The notes below the pieces were generated by a model. The model did not search any database, was not told the origin of the DNA, and saw only the letters and a program-made list of their open reading frames with translations. The translations under genes were made by a program, and so were the position numbers. Below, in pieces: positions 10,005 through 19,623 of a stretch of 54,265 nt of DNA. Source of the DNA: a virus (taxonomy: Duplodnaviria > Caudoviricetes); IMG/VR virus record IMGVR_UViG_3300012936_002700, positions 1 to 54,265 of that record; one strand, given 5' to 3'. Every line of letters begins with the position of its first letter. Position 1 is the stretch's first letter.

Positions 10005-11280
10005 AGTGTGTTGTTACTCCAAATGGTGCTTCAATATCTTTATTGTGATGTGAGTGAATTACAAAAATTGTATCACAGTAATCTGCATCACCCCAACTGT
10101 CCCAAGTATAACCATCTGTAAACATAATAAACTTCTTAGGAACAATATCATTGTCCTTCATATATCTCCAATTAGCATCAAAGTCTGTGCCACCACCACC
10201 TACAACTTCATAGGATAAAAGGTCATCGTTAGTAGCATCAAAGTCTTGCTCATTGTAAACTTCTGTGTCAAAGCACCAAATTTTAATTTTGTAATCTTGA
10301 TACTGTGACATAATACCTTGTACTTCACTTAAAAATACCTGTGCTTGTTCATTGCTAATAGACCCACTCATATCAATAGCAATACATAAATCAATAGTGT
10401 CTTCAAAGTTAAGTCCTGGAAGGATAGCACCAGTGTGCCAACCTTTACGTGAAGGACGACTAAATGTAAAGTCGTTTCTTATAGTAGATTGAATCTGTTG
10501 TTGCAATAGTTCACGCCAATTCATTTTAGGCTCAGTAAGTTCCTTAATCATTCTCTGAATTTCTTTAGGAAGATTACCAGCACCTGTTGATTGTGCGGCA
10601 CTAATCATAGACTCTTTTACTTCATCACGTATCTTACGTAATTCATCTTTGCTATAAGATGGAGGGCCTTTCTTTTTATCTTTTTTATCACCACTACCTT
10701 GTGCGGCACCATTACCATCTTGATCCCAGTCTACGTGTTCATCAAGTAATTGACCAAGTTGTTTTAATTCTTCTTCATCATATTTTTTGTAAATGTCTTC
10801 ATATACATCTTCTGATGTCCAACCTTCATATTTAAAGTCTTGGAAAATAGGAATATCTGCAGGCTTTGTACCAATGCCATCTCTTACAAGTAAATTGTTT
10901 ACAATATAGTCAGCGGCAATATTGTGTATTTGTGGATCACGTTTCTCTCTACGTGTCATATGATCATAAACACAATGAAGTATTTCATGTGCAATAACAA
11001 ACTCAACTTCTTTGTTACTCATTTTAGCAAAGAACGGAACACTGTAAAACATATGTCTGCCATCTGTAGCGGCAGTAGGACACCAGTCAGTTGCTTCAAC
11101 CATCTTAAGACGTGTAGCCATGTTACCAAAGAATGGATGTCTCATTAGCAGGCCAACACGAGCAACAATAATACGGTCAAGAACTTCTTGACGTAATTCG
11201 TCAGTAACTTCTACTTCTGGAAGATTTTTAATCTCTTCCCATCTATCTAAAACTTCTTGATCTTGTGTTTGTGTTGTCAT
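9979..11280 (-). CDS. Metallopeptidase-VWA protein (DUF2201-like)
   Basis: TAATDG, HEILH (HExxH), MIDAS DMSGS, GGGTDF, FTDG. Confidence 0.9.
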   Translation of the reverse strand: MTTQTQDQEVLDRWEEIKNLPEVEVTDELRQEVLDRIIVARVGLLMRHPFFGNMATRLKMVEATDWCPTAATDGRHMFYSVPFFAKMSNKEVEFVIAHEILHCVYDHMTRREKRDPQIHNIAADYIVNNLLVRDGIGTKPADIPIFQDFKYEGWTSEDVYEDIYKKYDEEELKQLGQLLDEHVDWDQDGNGAAQGSGDKKDKKKGPPSYSKDELRKIRDEVKESMISAAQSTGAGNLPKEIQRMIKELTEPKMNWRELLQQQIQSTIRNDFTFSRPSRKGWHTGAILPGLNFEDTIDLCIAIDMSGSISNEQAQVFLSEVQGIMSQYQDYKIKIWCFDTEVYNEQDFDATNDDLLSYEVVGGGGTDFDANWRYMKDNDIVPKKFIMFTDGYTWDSWGDADYCDTIFVIHSHHNKDIEAPFGVTTHYENETKSA

Positions 11281-11308
11281 GTGCCTATTCCTTATTGTTT
11301 ATAATATT

Positions 11309-11337
11309 ATTATAGTATATTTAATTGGATTTGTCAA
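11309..11337 (-). promoter_or_regulatory. Consensus sigma70 (early) promoter
   Basis: TTGACA-17 nt-TATAAT. Confidence 0.85.
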
Positions 11338-11340
11338 CCA

Positions 11341-11377
11341 AAAGAAATGGGGTAGCATACCAAAATATACTACCCCA
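11341..11377 (-). terminator. Rho-independent terminator after the AAA gene
   Basis: Minus strand GGGGTAGTAT-attttggt-ATGCTACCCC followed by ATTTCTTTT. Confidence 0.75.
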
Positions 11378-11383
11378 AAATGT

Positions 11384-12469
11384 TTAAGAAGCCTGAGCGG
11401 CCGTTACGTACTTGCCAAACTTCTCATGGAATTCATCAAAGTTTGGTGTTTCGTCTGGATCAATCGGTAGTTCATATTGTGTAAGAGCAAGTTTAATACC
11501 CATTACAACCAATTCCGTATCGAAATTGTCCATTGCAAAACGTAAAAAATTATTAACCTTAGTATCAAACTTTTTATCGTTTTTATCGCTCGCCTCTTTA
11601 AGTTCATAGCAGAGTGAGACAGTTAAGGAATACATGGCACTGATTTCTTTTGTCTTCAACTCTTTTACCTTACCATCCAAAATTTCCGAAGGATTCGGAA
11701 GTTGTGATGCCATCTTTCGATGAGCCATGAACTTCACAGCCAGGCCTTCGCCTACTGCTCCACTTACCAGATCGGTAGTGGTATTCTCGTCATCGTCATC
11801 TTCGAGTAACTCGGATACGAATGACCAAGAACGCGGTGTTGCAAAAGATCTACTTGGACTCTTAGGATCAAAGTCATACAAGTCTTTCTTTGCAAATGTC
11901 AAGTAACCTACAACGTCTGGGTGAATCTTATTATCAGATGCCCAAGCAAACCAATCATCAAAGTCCACTTTAAGTTCTAAGTGAACAAATCTGTTTGCCA
12001 ACGGAGCAGGCATTCTGTAAGTAACACCTTTATCAGCGTCTCTGTTACCAGCGGCAACTATTAATACATTGTCCGGTAACTTATACTGACCAACCCTTCT
12101 ATTAAGGATAAGTTGATAAGCCGCCGCCTGTACAGCCGGTGCCGCAGAATTCATTTCATCAAGAAACAAAATAATAGTCTTATGTTTCTTTGCCATTTCT
12201 GCACTTGGCAGTTCTTGTGGCGGTGCCCATTGCATTGTATTATCGTTAGCCGCATAATACGGGATACCTTTAATATCTGTAGGTTCCCATAATGACAATC
12301 TTACGTCAATAACATGAGCCTTTAGTTGTACACCAATTTGGTGAATGATGTCCGACTTACCAATACCAGGTGCCCCCCAGATAAAAAGTGGACGTTGTTT
12401 TTTGAATGCCCTAAGAATACTCTTTTTAGCATTATTTGGACTAATAGTCCTTGTAGCAATGTTTTCCAT
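11384..12469 (-). CDS. MoxR-like AAA+ ATPase
   Basis: Walker A GAPGIGKS, Walker B LFLDE, AAGN, PLANRF. Confidence 0.92.
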   Translation of the reverse strand: MENIATRTISPNNAKKSILRAFKKQRPLFIWGAPGIGKSDIIHQIGVQLKAHVIDVRLSLWEPTDIKGIPYYAANDNTMQWAPPQELPSAEMAKKHKTIILFLDEMNSAAPAVQAAAYQLILNRRVGQYKLPDNVLIVAAGNRDADKGVTYRMPAPLANRFVHLELKVDFDDWFAWASDNKIHPDVVGYLTFAKKDLYDFDPKSPSRSFATPRSWSFVSELLEDDDDENTTTDLVSGAVGEGLAVKFMAHRKMASQLPNPSEILDGKVKELKTKEISAMYSLTVSLCYELKEASDKNDKKFDTKVNNFLRFAMDNFDTELVVMGIKLALTQYELPIDPDETPNFDEFHEKFGKYVTAAQAS

Positions 12470-12508
12470 GTTGTACTCCTTTTAGTTTCAGTGCCTTATT
12501 ATGTTTAT

Positions 12509-12537
12509 ACTATAGCACCTTTATATTAAAAGGTCAA
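12509..12537 (-). promoter_or_regulatory. Sigma70-type early promoter with extended -10
   Basis: TTGACC-17 nt-TATAGT, with TG just upstream of the -10. Confidence 0.75.
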
Positions 12538-12566
12538 CCAGAAAATGTATTATTTTGGTAAAAAAG

Positions 12567-12959
12567 TTAATTTAATTCTTCATCAGCACGTTTGAGTGCT
12601 TTGGATAAGCCGTATTTCTTAATATCTCCGCTAAAAAGATGCAGTTCGATTGATTTCTTTTCGTCGAAAACGGTTATTTGATGCTTGTTCAAATAGTAAG
12701 GGCAAGTGATAAATCTATCTAACCAAATTACAGAATTGGTTGTAAGTTCAAAGTCCTGTGGGAAAGGAACATCATAACATTGCAAATCTAATTCGCCTGT
12801 AAGATACAAGAATCCTTGATCTGTTAATCTTAATCCTCCGTCTCCTTTAGAACGAGTGTTTTGCCACCACTCCGACATATACTTCTTTACATTAATATCA
12901 CTTACTGCTTTGTCGGATTGTTTTAAAAAGACTTTTGTGTATGTCTCTTTCCAGTTCAC
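12567..12959 (-). CDS. Hypothetical protein
   Basis: ORF coupled to the upstream gene (GTG start). Confidence 0.7.
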   Translation of the reverse strand: MNWKETYTKVFLKQSDKAVSDINVKKYMSEWWQNTRSKGDGGLRLTDQGFLYLTGELDLQCYDVPFPQDFELTTNSVIWLDRFITCPYYLNKHQITVFDEKKSIELHLFSGDIKKYGLSKALKRADEELN

Positions 12960-13432
12960 TATTTTTTCTTTTCCATTAGTTTAACTGCGGCATCATGATC
13001 TTTTTTACTTACTACGCCTTCACGTAAAAGTTTTTCTCTATTTGCCATATGCTTCATTTGGATTTCTTCTTTGCTACCGCCGAAGTATGCAACTGCGTGT
13101 CCGTCTGCAATCATCATATCTGTAAGTCTTTCTTTATCAAACAAAAAGTCTCCTAAGATACGTCCAAACTTTCCTTTTTTATCTGAACCACTTCTATCTA
13201 TTTCTGTTTTAAGAATTTGCATACTACCTGTAGGCATATATTTCTTAACATAGTCTTTAGCCGTTAATCCAAATAATTTTTCTACTTTATCTCTTGTGCG
13301 TGATTCAGGGGTATCAATCCCCATCATTCTTACTCTTTCTTTATGAAGCCAAACTCCAAACCCTAAATCTATATCAACATCAACTGTATCTCCGTCAACT
13401 ACTTTTAAGATTTTACATTTATATTCGTACAT
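12959..13432 (-). CDS. Thermonuclease (SNase-like) protein
   Basis: VVDGDTVD, RMMGIDTPE, GKFGRILG. Confidence 0.85.
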   Translation of the reverse strand: MYEYKCKILKVVDGDTVDVDIDLGFGVWLHKERVRMMGIDTPESRTRDKVEKLFGLTAKDYVKKYMPTGSMQILKTEIDRSGSDKKGKFGRILGDFLFDKERLTDMMIADGHAVAYFGGSKEEIQMKHMANREKLLREGVVSKKDHDAAVKLMEKKK

Positions 13433-13437
13433 TAGTA

Positions 13438-13728
13438 TTACCCCTCTACTACTATTTCCCCCGATACTAATTTAACTACAGTAAAGTCTTGTACATTAAA
13501 GAGATCGTTTAATTTTTTTGCTAAATTGTGTGCGTGTCCTGGATTACTAAAAGATACTTTTTTATATTTAGGTCCAGGAAAACTTGATAATGAATTTTGC
13601 GTTTTTAAGTTAAATGGCTTCCCTTGGTAAAAGACTGCCCAGATAGCCTCTGCCGCCAGAATCTGATCTGACTTATAAGTCTTTTTATCAATGTGTTCTA
13701 ATAACACTGTTGGTTTAGGTCTACTCAT
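13438..13728 (-). CDS. Hypothetical protein, probably late-expressed
   Basis: ORF preceded by a TAAATA motif at 13763-13768. Confidence 0.75.
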   Translation of the reverse strand: MSRPKPTVLLEHIDKKTYKSDQILAAEAIWAVFYQGKPFNLKTQNSLSSFPGPKYKKVSFSNPGHAHNLAKKLNDLFNVQDFTVVKLVSGEIVVEG

Positions 13729-13831
13729 TTATATACGTGTCCTTTGTTATAAACTACGTATATATTTATCTGATTAATAAGGAAATTGTATAATAAAGTT
13801 AGTAGATAATTCGCCGGTTAAGGTGCTTGTA

Positions 13832-14083
13832 TTAGTCCTTAAATCCGCCACCGTCCATTTCGACGTTGATAACTTCTTGTTCGCTTTGTGTTTGTTTGTT
13901 AGAAATAAACTGTTCCATGTCGCCAAGTAATCTTGCATTAATCTGTCCAACAGTCAATGCAAGTACCTTAGCGTCAGCAATGCTTAGACGTACATCTTTG
14001 CTATTGCTTTGTTCAGCAACTTTTACTTGCTGAAAAAATTTCTCTAATGGAACTGTATTAATAGGCTCTTTTGTCATCTGCAT
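13832..14083 (-). CDS. Hypothetical protein
   Basis: ORF. Confidence 0.7.
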   Translation of the reverse strand: MQMTKEPINTVPLEKFFQQVKVAEQSNSKDVRLSIADAKVLALTVGQINARLLGDMEQFISNKQTQSEQEVINVEMDGGGFKD

Positions 14084-14546
14084 TAGCCTTACTTAATTCT
14101 TGACGCATTGTAACTTCGTCTTTGAATGGTCCTTTAGAAGTATAGTTTTCAATAGTTACAAGTTTAGGACAAAAACTTCTTACCCAACCCTTGTCAAATT
14201 TAATAATGTAATATCCTGCACAATATAAACTTTTACTTTTTTTGCTTTTTGTAAACAATGGTAACTTACGTTTTACATCATACATACTGTTATGTGGCAC
14301 ACAAGAAGTAGGAAAATTATGTACTTCTTTATCGCCTGTTGGAACAGTTTCTTTATCTTTGATACCCCATTCGATATCTACATCTTTAACAAGTTGTTTT
14401 TCGTTTTCATAAAACTTTGTGAATGTATTGCAACAATACATAAATGTTTTATCTTCTTGTTTAGAAAGTGTACCGATACGTTCGCCATCTTCCTCTACAA
14501 TCCAAAACTTACCTGCTACAATCGGGTTTGCTTTTAAATTTGTCAT
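14058..14546 (-). CDS. Hypothetical protein
   Basis: ORF with SD GGAGG. Confidence 0.75.
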   Translation of the reverse strand: MTNLKANPIVAGKFWIVEEDGERIGTLSKQEDKTFMYCCNTFTKFYENEKQLVKDVDIEWGIKDKETVPTGDKEVHNFPTSCVPHNSMYDVKRKLPLFTKSKKSKSLYCAGYYIIKFDKGWVRSFCPKLVTIENYTSKGPFKDEVTMRQELSKANADDKRAY

Positions 14547-15104
14547 TTATACACCTCCTAAGTATTCTTTTAAATTCTTATCATTTATTACAATTACATT
14601 AGCATCTTTGTCAGCGGCAATAGATGCATATAATCTTGTTCTTCCATCAATAACATACCTTACATTATCCAACTCTACAATCAGTAATGGTCTACAATTT
14701 CCGGCTTCAACTGCTTCAATTATAGGCTCTAACGGAAACTCTCTTTCGCGGTAATCACGTTTATCACGTTTTAACATCTCCGCTACAAATGTTTCTTTAT
14801 AGCCTTTTTGACCTCTTACTTCACGTATTGCCTTAAGTGTATATGGATCTTCTGGCAAATTGTCTAAGTTATTTAACTTCAGAATATCGTCAACTGACAG
14901 TTTTTGGACAGGTAGTTGCTCCAAAAACTTGCCTATTTTAGCCACTGCACGTTCCTGAATTGCTTGATTATGTGGCATTCCTGGCCGACTTCTATCACCT
15001 AAATTAATAGGAAGTTCTGCAATCATTGATTGTATTTCAGGTACAGGACACCCTATAAATTCATATGCGTCTAAAAAGTTTTCATCTATTAGTTCTGGAT
15101 TCAT
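14547..15104 (-). CDS. ParB/Srx-like domain protein
   Basis: PLLIVE...YVIDGRTRL resembles the ParB-N DGxxR motif. Confidence 0.55.
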   Translation of the reverse strand: MNPELIDENFLDAYEFIGCPVPEIQSMIAELPINLGDRSRPGMPHNQAIQERAVAKIGKFLEQLPVQKLSVDDILKLNNLDNLPEDPYTLKAIREVRGQKGYKETFVAEMLKRDKRDYREREFPLEPIIEAVEAGNCRPLLIVELDNVRYVIDGRTRLYASIAADKDANVIVINDKNLKEYLGGV

Positions 15105-16084
15105 ACTGTGTACCTTGCATTCAAAGGCTCACTGTATGCTTGTATCTGCTCACTAATTCTAACAAGTTCATGCTTTGCACAAAACTTCATTAGTTTTACA
15201 CCTACTTGTGCTACTTCTTTTTGTTTCATATTATCTGCGATAGTTTGTGCAATAATTTTCTTTATATCATCAGGTTGTGCAGATAAATCACAAAGTGTTA
15301 CGTTACGTTGATAGTCTTCAAGTACTCTATGTTCTTTGCCTTCATGATCTACCCAACGTTGCAACATCAAGTTATTCCAGTTATATCCTTTAGACTCTTT
15401 ATCTTCAAATGCTTCTGTTAAGCCTACTTTGTTCTTTGTGCCTTTTACACGTACACCTGGATATGCACTAAACACATTATCACTTGTATCACCACGCATA
15501 CATTTTTCAAACAACAACCATTTAGGATTAGGTGCCGCCTTTGCTTCTTTAGTTTTTTTATCAATTACAGGCTTCCCTTTTTTATCAAAGTAGCCTTCAT
15601 GTGTAATTGTTACATCTTGAATCCCATTGTACTGCTTTACATTGGGAGCAATTAATTGTGCAAAATCTCCGTCAGTTGAAATAATTACATGATTATCATT
15701 AGGGTGTGATTGCACCCAACCTGCAATAAGATCATCTGCTTCGAGTTGCGGATTATGTAAAACAGTACAATTCGTTTTTGTCTCTACAAATTTTTTAAAC
15801 TCATCAAACATTTCCCAGAAGACTTCTTCTTCCTCTTGCTGACTTGCTGTCAGTGCCGCACGAGCATCGCTTCTATTTCTCTTATAAGGCTCATAGTAAT
15901 CTTTACGCCAACTACGTCCTTCTAAACAAAAGATAACATGACTTCCATCAAACTCTTGCCAAACCTTTTTGATGCCTGCTAAAGTGATATGAAATGCCAT
16001 GCCAACCTTGTCAGTAAGATTGCCACGTACTACGTGTCTTGCACGAAAGAATGTGTTTGCAGTGTCAACTAAGATGTAAGTCAA
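15101..16084 (-). CDS. rnh: T4-like RNase H / 5'-3' exonuclease
   Basis: LVD..N, SWRK, YK.NR, EADD, STDGDF.QL, GD.SDN. Confidence 0.88.
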   Translation of the reverse strand: MTYILVDTANTFFRARHVVRGNLTDKVGMAFHITLAGIKKVWQEFDGSHVIFCLEGRSWRKDYYEPYKRNRSDARAALTASQQEEEEVFWEMFDEFKKFVETKTNCTVLHNPQLEADDLIAGWVQSHPNDNHVIISTDGDFAQLIAPNVKQYNGIQDVTITHEGYFDKKGKPVIDKKTKEAKAAPNPKWLLFEKCMRGDTSDNVFSAYPGVRVKGTKNKVGLTEAFEDKESKGYNWNNLMLQRWVDHEGKEHRVLEDYQRNVTLCDLSAQPDDIKKIIAQTIADNMKQKEVAQVGVKLMKFCAKHELVRISEQIQAYSEPLNARYTV

Positions 16085-16119
16085 ATTATACTCCGTAAAA
16101 TACTTCTATTATTGTGTAT

Positions 16120-16148
16120 AGTTTACTTGACTTTTGCTTGATTGTCAA
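16120..16148 (-). promoter_or_regulatory. Sigma70-type promoter upstream of rnh
   Basis: TTGACA-17 nt-TAAACT. Confidence 0.65.
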
Positions 16149-16839
16149 CCTCTTTTTTACCTTTCTCTTGAATCTCTTCCAAAATAGGTTTATTCATAAA
16201 CGGAATAGCATTCATAAAGTCTTGGTCAAAACTTCCTGTAAGTCTTAAATCAAATGCAACACTAACACGTAATCCATCTGCTTGATGTGTTTCTGTGTAA
16301 TGTTGTGTACAACTTGGAAACAAAACACTTCCACCTTTTTTATTAGGAAGTCCTATTTTTGATTCTGGATCAAAAGCACTCCTATAAAAGGTTTTAGTTT
16401 CATAGTCATCAAAGTGCATATTACCACTTAGATATGCATCAGGAGTTCCTGCATGAGCATGAACATCCATTGCTTCACCTTTACGTAATATGTTTGCCCA
16501 ACAAATTATTTGTAAGTCTTTTAACTCTAATTGTTGTTGCTGAACATATTCAAGATAAGAATATTGTAAAAACGTTAATAGTTCTTTAAAAGATTCATTA
16601 TCTTGTTTTAATAAATTATATCTACCAAAACGTGTTGTAATATGATTTTCAGTTAATCCTGTACCACCTGTGTTAGCATAGTCATATTTCTTTAGGATTT
16701 CTTCTTCGTTATCGATAATCCAATTTCTAATACTATCCACATGGGCAAGGTCAGTCCAATTTGTCAACCAAAGTGGAATATTCCAACTTGGTGCAAATTC
16801 TGTCAAAGGGTGATAACTTTTGATTCTTACTAAACTCAT
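16123..16839 (-). CDS. Putative Fe(II)/2OG oxygenase (TIGR02466-like)
   Basis: WANI..GE...HAH...YLSG, LFPS...H, RVSVAFD. Confidence 0.7.
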   Translation of the reverse strand: MSLVRIKSYHPLTEFAPSWNIPLWLTNWTDLAHVDSIRNWIIDNEEEILKKYDYANTGGTGLTENHITTRFGRYNLLKQDNESFKELLTFLQYSYLEYVQQQQLELKDLQIICWANILRKGEAMDVHAHAGTPDAYLSGNMHFDDYETKTFYRSAFDPESKIGLPNKKGGSVLFPSCTQHYTETHQADGLRVSVAFDLRLTGSFDQDFMNAIPFMNKPILEEIQEKGKKEVDNQAKVK

Positions 16840-16988
16840 TTCTTAATCTTCTTTCCAATATGACACATTTCTTTTAATATCATTCTTAAGTTTCTTGCAA
16901 TTTTATATAAAAAATATACACCTGTTATAGTAATTGCATAATCAACATAAAACCAAATGTCTGAATAAATTAATTCATGATAAGTCAT
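16836..16988 (-). CDS. Small membrane protein (50 aa, not in track)
   Basis: Hand translation MTYHELIYSDIWFYVDYAITITGVYFLYKIARNLRMILKEMCHIGKKIKK; start and stop overlap both neighbours. Confidence 0.6.
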   Translation of the reverse strand: MTYHELIYSDIWFYVDYAITITGVYFLYKIARNLRMILKEMCHIGKKIKK

Positions 16989-17359
16989 TATTTAACCTCC
17001 GATTTTCCGTCACCTAAGTTTTTAGTATTGATGTAGCCAGCACCTCTGCCTGTATCCATACCTTCTTCTGCAAGGACGTTTCTTGCAAGATCTTTAAACC
17101 ATAAGTCTACAATTTGTTCATTTGATTCACCTGAATAACCTGCGTCAATCAGTTGTTCAATAAATTCATTGTTCCAATCAAGTTCAAAGAAACCATTTCT
17201 TATATTGTCTTTGTTTACTTGCGTATCAAGTACACCAACCCAAGGCTTACCTGCTTTGGTTGCCTCTTCTTTTTCTTTCATCATCAAATCACGATGTGAA
17301 ACTGCTTTGCCATCTTTAGCCTTTTTCATGCCAAGCATATCTTTCATTTTATCTAACAT
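16988..17359 (-). CDS. Hypothetical protein
   Basis: ORF. Confidence 0.75.
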   Translation of the reverse strand: MLDKMKDMLGMKKAKDGKAVSHRDLMMKEKEEATKAGKPWVGVLDTQVNKDNIRNGFFELDWNNEFIEQLIDAGYSGESNEQIVDLWFKDLARNVLAEEGMDTGRGAGYINTKNLGDGKSEVK

Positions 17360-17362
17360 ATG

Positions 17363-17548
17363 TTACCATCCTGCCTTTCGTATAGCATCTTCGTCAAGTT
17401 GCTTTTTATTAAGTTTATTCTGTTCTGCCGCTTCATCAAGTACTTTATGCATATCATCATATGGATATATTGAATCCTGATGCAAGTGTACATCTTCATC
17501 AGGTTCTTCTTGTTTTTTAACAAACAAATTTTTGATCCATTCTAACAT
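17363..17548 (-). CDS. Small hypothetical protein
   Basis: ORF fills the gap downstream of queE. Confidence 0.6.
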   Translation of the reverse strand: MLEWIKNLFVKKQEEPDEDVHLHQDSIYPYDDMHKVLDEAAEQNKLNKKQLDEDAIRKAGW

Positions 17549-17549
17549 A

Positions 17550-18446
17550 TTAAGTACCTATTGCATTTCCAAACAAGTAAACGTGTACTCTTGCGGCAAC
17601 GTTATAACCTCTTTGAAAAGCCAATTTAGCAACATCACCTGCCGTTGCAGTTTGCTCTTCTTCTCTGGCGCCAACAGGCATAACCCATACAGGCCAGTTT
17701 ACACCTTCTGCTCTAAATTTCTCTATAACAGAATCCATTTCGTCCCATTGTTTTTGATCAGAACCAACAACAAATTTTAATTGTCCTGCTTTAGATAGTT
17801 CTGCATATTCTCCAACTACTTCTGGGATAATTGCTTTTTTACTTTCTTCACCTGATACTGTCCATAATTTAGGACTACAACTAAAGAATACTTCTTCGTC
17901 AATTCTTTTTACCCATTCTTTAAATGGATCTCTAAGTTTTTGTGTGCCGTTAGTTTCAAATGTCATACTGCTCGGCAAATTGTTTTGTTTTTCAAGTGCT
18001 TCATATATACCAACACTTGCCATTTGTCCTGTGACCATTAAAGGCTCACCACCTGTAAAACATAAGTGTTGTGTTTGTTTACTCATAGGATGTAAGAACT
18101 TTCCTTCTGGGTTCGAATCTGTCTTTAGTATATCAACAATCTTGTTTGCTAATACTTCAGGAGTTTCTTGACCCATCAAGTGTTTGTATTTCTTTGCCCA
18201 AGTATAAGAAGAGTCACAACCTTTTTCCCACACAGGCAAATCTTCTACTCTCTTTACTTGACTTACATCATAATCTAAAAATGGCAAATCATATGTATCT
18301 GGATTAGTAGGATCTATTTGTCCAAACCCACTACATTGTAAGTTACACAAGAAGAAACGTATCCAAGCCGTTGGAACACCTGTATAGTGTCCTTCACCTT
18401 GGATACTATGAAATATCTCGGAATAATAATATTTTTTATCTGACAT
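17550..18446 (-). CDS. queE: 7-carboxy-7-deazaguanine synthase (radical SAM)
   Basis: EIFHSIQGEG..G.P..IRF..CNL.C, CDS, TGGEP, ETNGT, SPKL, R.H..LFG. Confidence 0.9.
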   Translation of the reverse strand: MSDKKYYYSEIFHSIQGEGHYTGVPTAWIRFFLCNLQCSGFGQIDPTNPDTYDLPFLDYDVSQVKRVEDLPVWEKGCDSSYTWAKKYKHLMGQETPEVLANKIVDILKTDSNPEGKFLHPMSKQTQHLCFTGGEPLMVTGQMASVGIYEALEKQNNLPSSMTFETNGTQKLRDPFKEWVKRIDEEVFFSCSPKLWTVSGEESKKAIIPEVVGEYAELSKAGQLKFVVGSDQKQWDEMDSVIEKFRAEGVNWPVWVMPVGAREEEQTATAGDVAKLAFQRGYNVAARVHVYLFGNAIGT

Positions 18447-18642
18447 CAGATACGGTTACCAAAGGTTCGTTTATATATGAATCATTGTAATCGCCGTTTT
18501 TCTGATACTGACGCACTGAAGTATCTTTTACCAGTACACCATCTTTAATAGTGTAAGTTGTATATTCTGCTTTGATTACACCTTCTTTAGATCTTTCAAT
18601 ATGTTCTTTCATTGGACCATCCTGTACTTTAGTCATTTGCAA
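18436..18642 (-). CDS. Small hypothetical protein between folE and queE
   Basis: ORF overlapping both neighbours. Confidence 0.6.
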   Translation of the reverse strand: MQMTKVQDGPMKEHIERSKEGVIKAEYTTYTIKDGVLVKDTSVRQYQKNGDYNDSYINEPLVTVSDVR

Positions 18643-19315
18643 ACTCCTGTTGTAGTTTTACGTTATCTATAAACTCTTTTTTAGTTGCTGGATCATCTTT
18701 AAATGCTCCACGCAACACAGTTGTCTGTGTTAAAGAACTATGTGCTCTAATACCTCTGTTCTCACAACAACCATGAGTTGCTTGTACATACACACCAACG
18801 TGTTCACTGCCTGTTTGTTCTTGAATCGCATTTGCAATCATTACATTCAGTTCTTCTTGTAGTGTACCACGTCTTGCACACCATTGTGCAATTCTTGTGT
18901 ACTTACTTAGACCAAGTAGTTTAGGACCAGCAATAATCCCAATGTATGCAACACCTTTAACAGTTTGGTGATGATGTGAACACAAACTTGTAAGTTCACT
19001 TCTTACTACAAGCATACCTTCGTATCCGCCTTCAATGTAATTAGGAAAGGCACTTGGATTAGGCATAGGATCATAACGACCAGACATAATCTCATTGATA
19101 TACATCTTAGCCATTCGCCTTGCAGTATCTTTACTGTTAGGATCTGTTTCAGTGTCAATTAATAAATTTTGTAGGACATTTTCAAAAGCCGGAACAGCCT
19201 CTTCTATAAGTGCCTGCTTATCGCCTTCTTGTAAGACGTCGCTGATATTGTCATTCGCCCAATATCTTTTACCTGCGTCTTTAAGACGTTGTTTGATTTC
19301 TTTTACTTTTTCCAT
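18629..19315 (-). CDS. folE: GTP cyclohydrolase I
   Basis: TARRMAKMY, SLCSHH, GLSK..R, QE.L, HGC...RG. Confidence 0.93.
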   Translation of the reverse strand: MEKVKEIKQRLKDAGKRYWANDNISDVLQEGDKQALIEEAVPAFENVLQNLLIDTETDPNSKDTARRMAKMYINEIMSGRYDPMPNPSAFPNYIEGGYEGMLVVRSELTSLCSHHHQTVKGVAYIGIIAGPKLLGLSKYTRIAQWCARRGTLQEELNVMIANAIQEQTGSEHVGVYVQATHGCCENRGIRAHSSLTQTTVLRGAFKDDPATKKEFIDNVKLQQEFAND

Positions 19316-19368
19316 TTTCTTCTCCGAGTTATAGACGTGGATGTCTCCAGTGTCATATTATAATTTAC

Positions 19369-19397
19369 ATTATATACTTTATTTAGGTTTTTGTCAA
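19369..19397 (-). promoter_or_regulatory. Consensus sigma70 promoter for folE-queE, with CTAAATA in the spacer
   Basis: TTGACA-17 nt-TATAAT. Confidence 0.8.
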
Positions 19398-19410
19398 GTA
19401 TTATATGCAC

Positions 19411-19623
19411 TTAGAAATACTTTTTGAGCATTTCGATTTGATCATCATATTCAGCAATGATTTTCAATTCTTTTTCCATTGCTTCTAAGATGTCAGGATG
19501 TTCACCAATACCGCCTGAATTTTTCAAGTATACTTCTACATTCATTGCGTGTTTTGAAATATGTCCTTCTGCGTGTTTGATTAACGCATCAATCATATTC
19601 TCCCTGTTGTACTCTTTAGCCAT
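19411..19623 (-). CDS. Small hypothetical phage protein
   Basis: ORF with GIGEHPD motif. Confidence 0.7.
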   Translation of the reverse strand: MAKEYNRENMIDALIKHAEGHISKHAMNVEVYLKNSGGIGEHPDILEAMEKELKIIAEYDDQIEMLKKYF

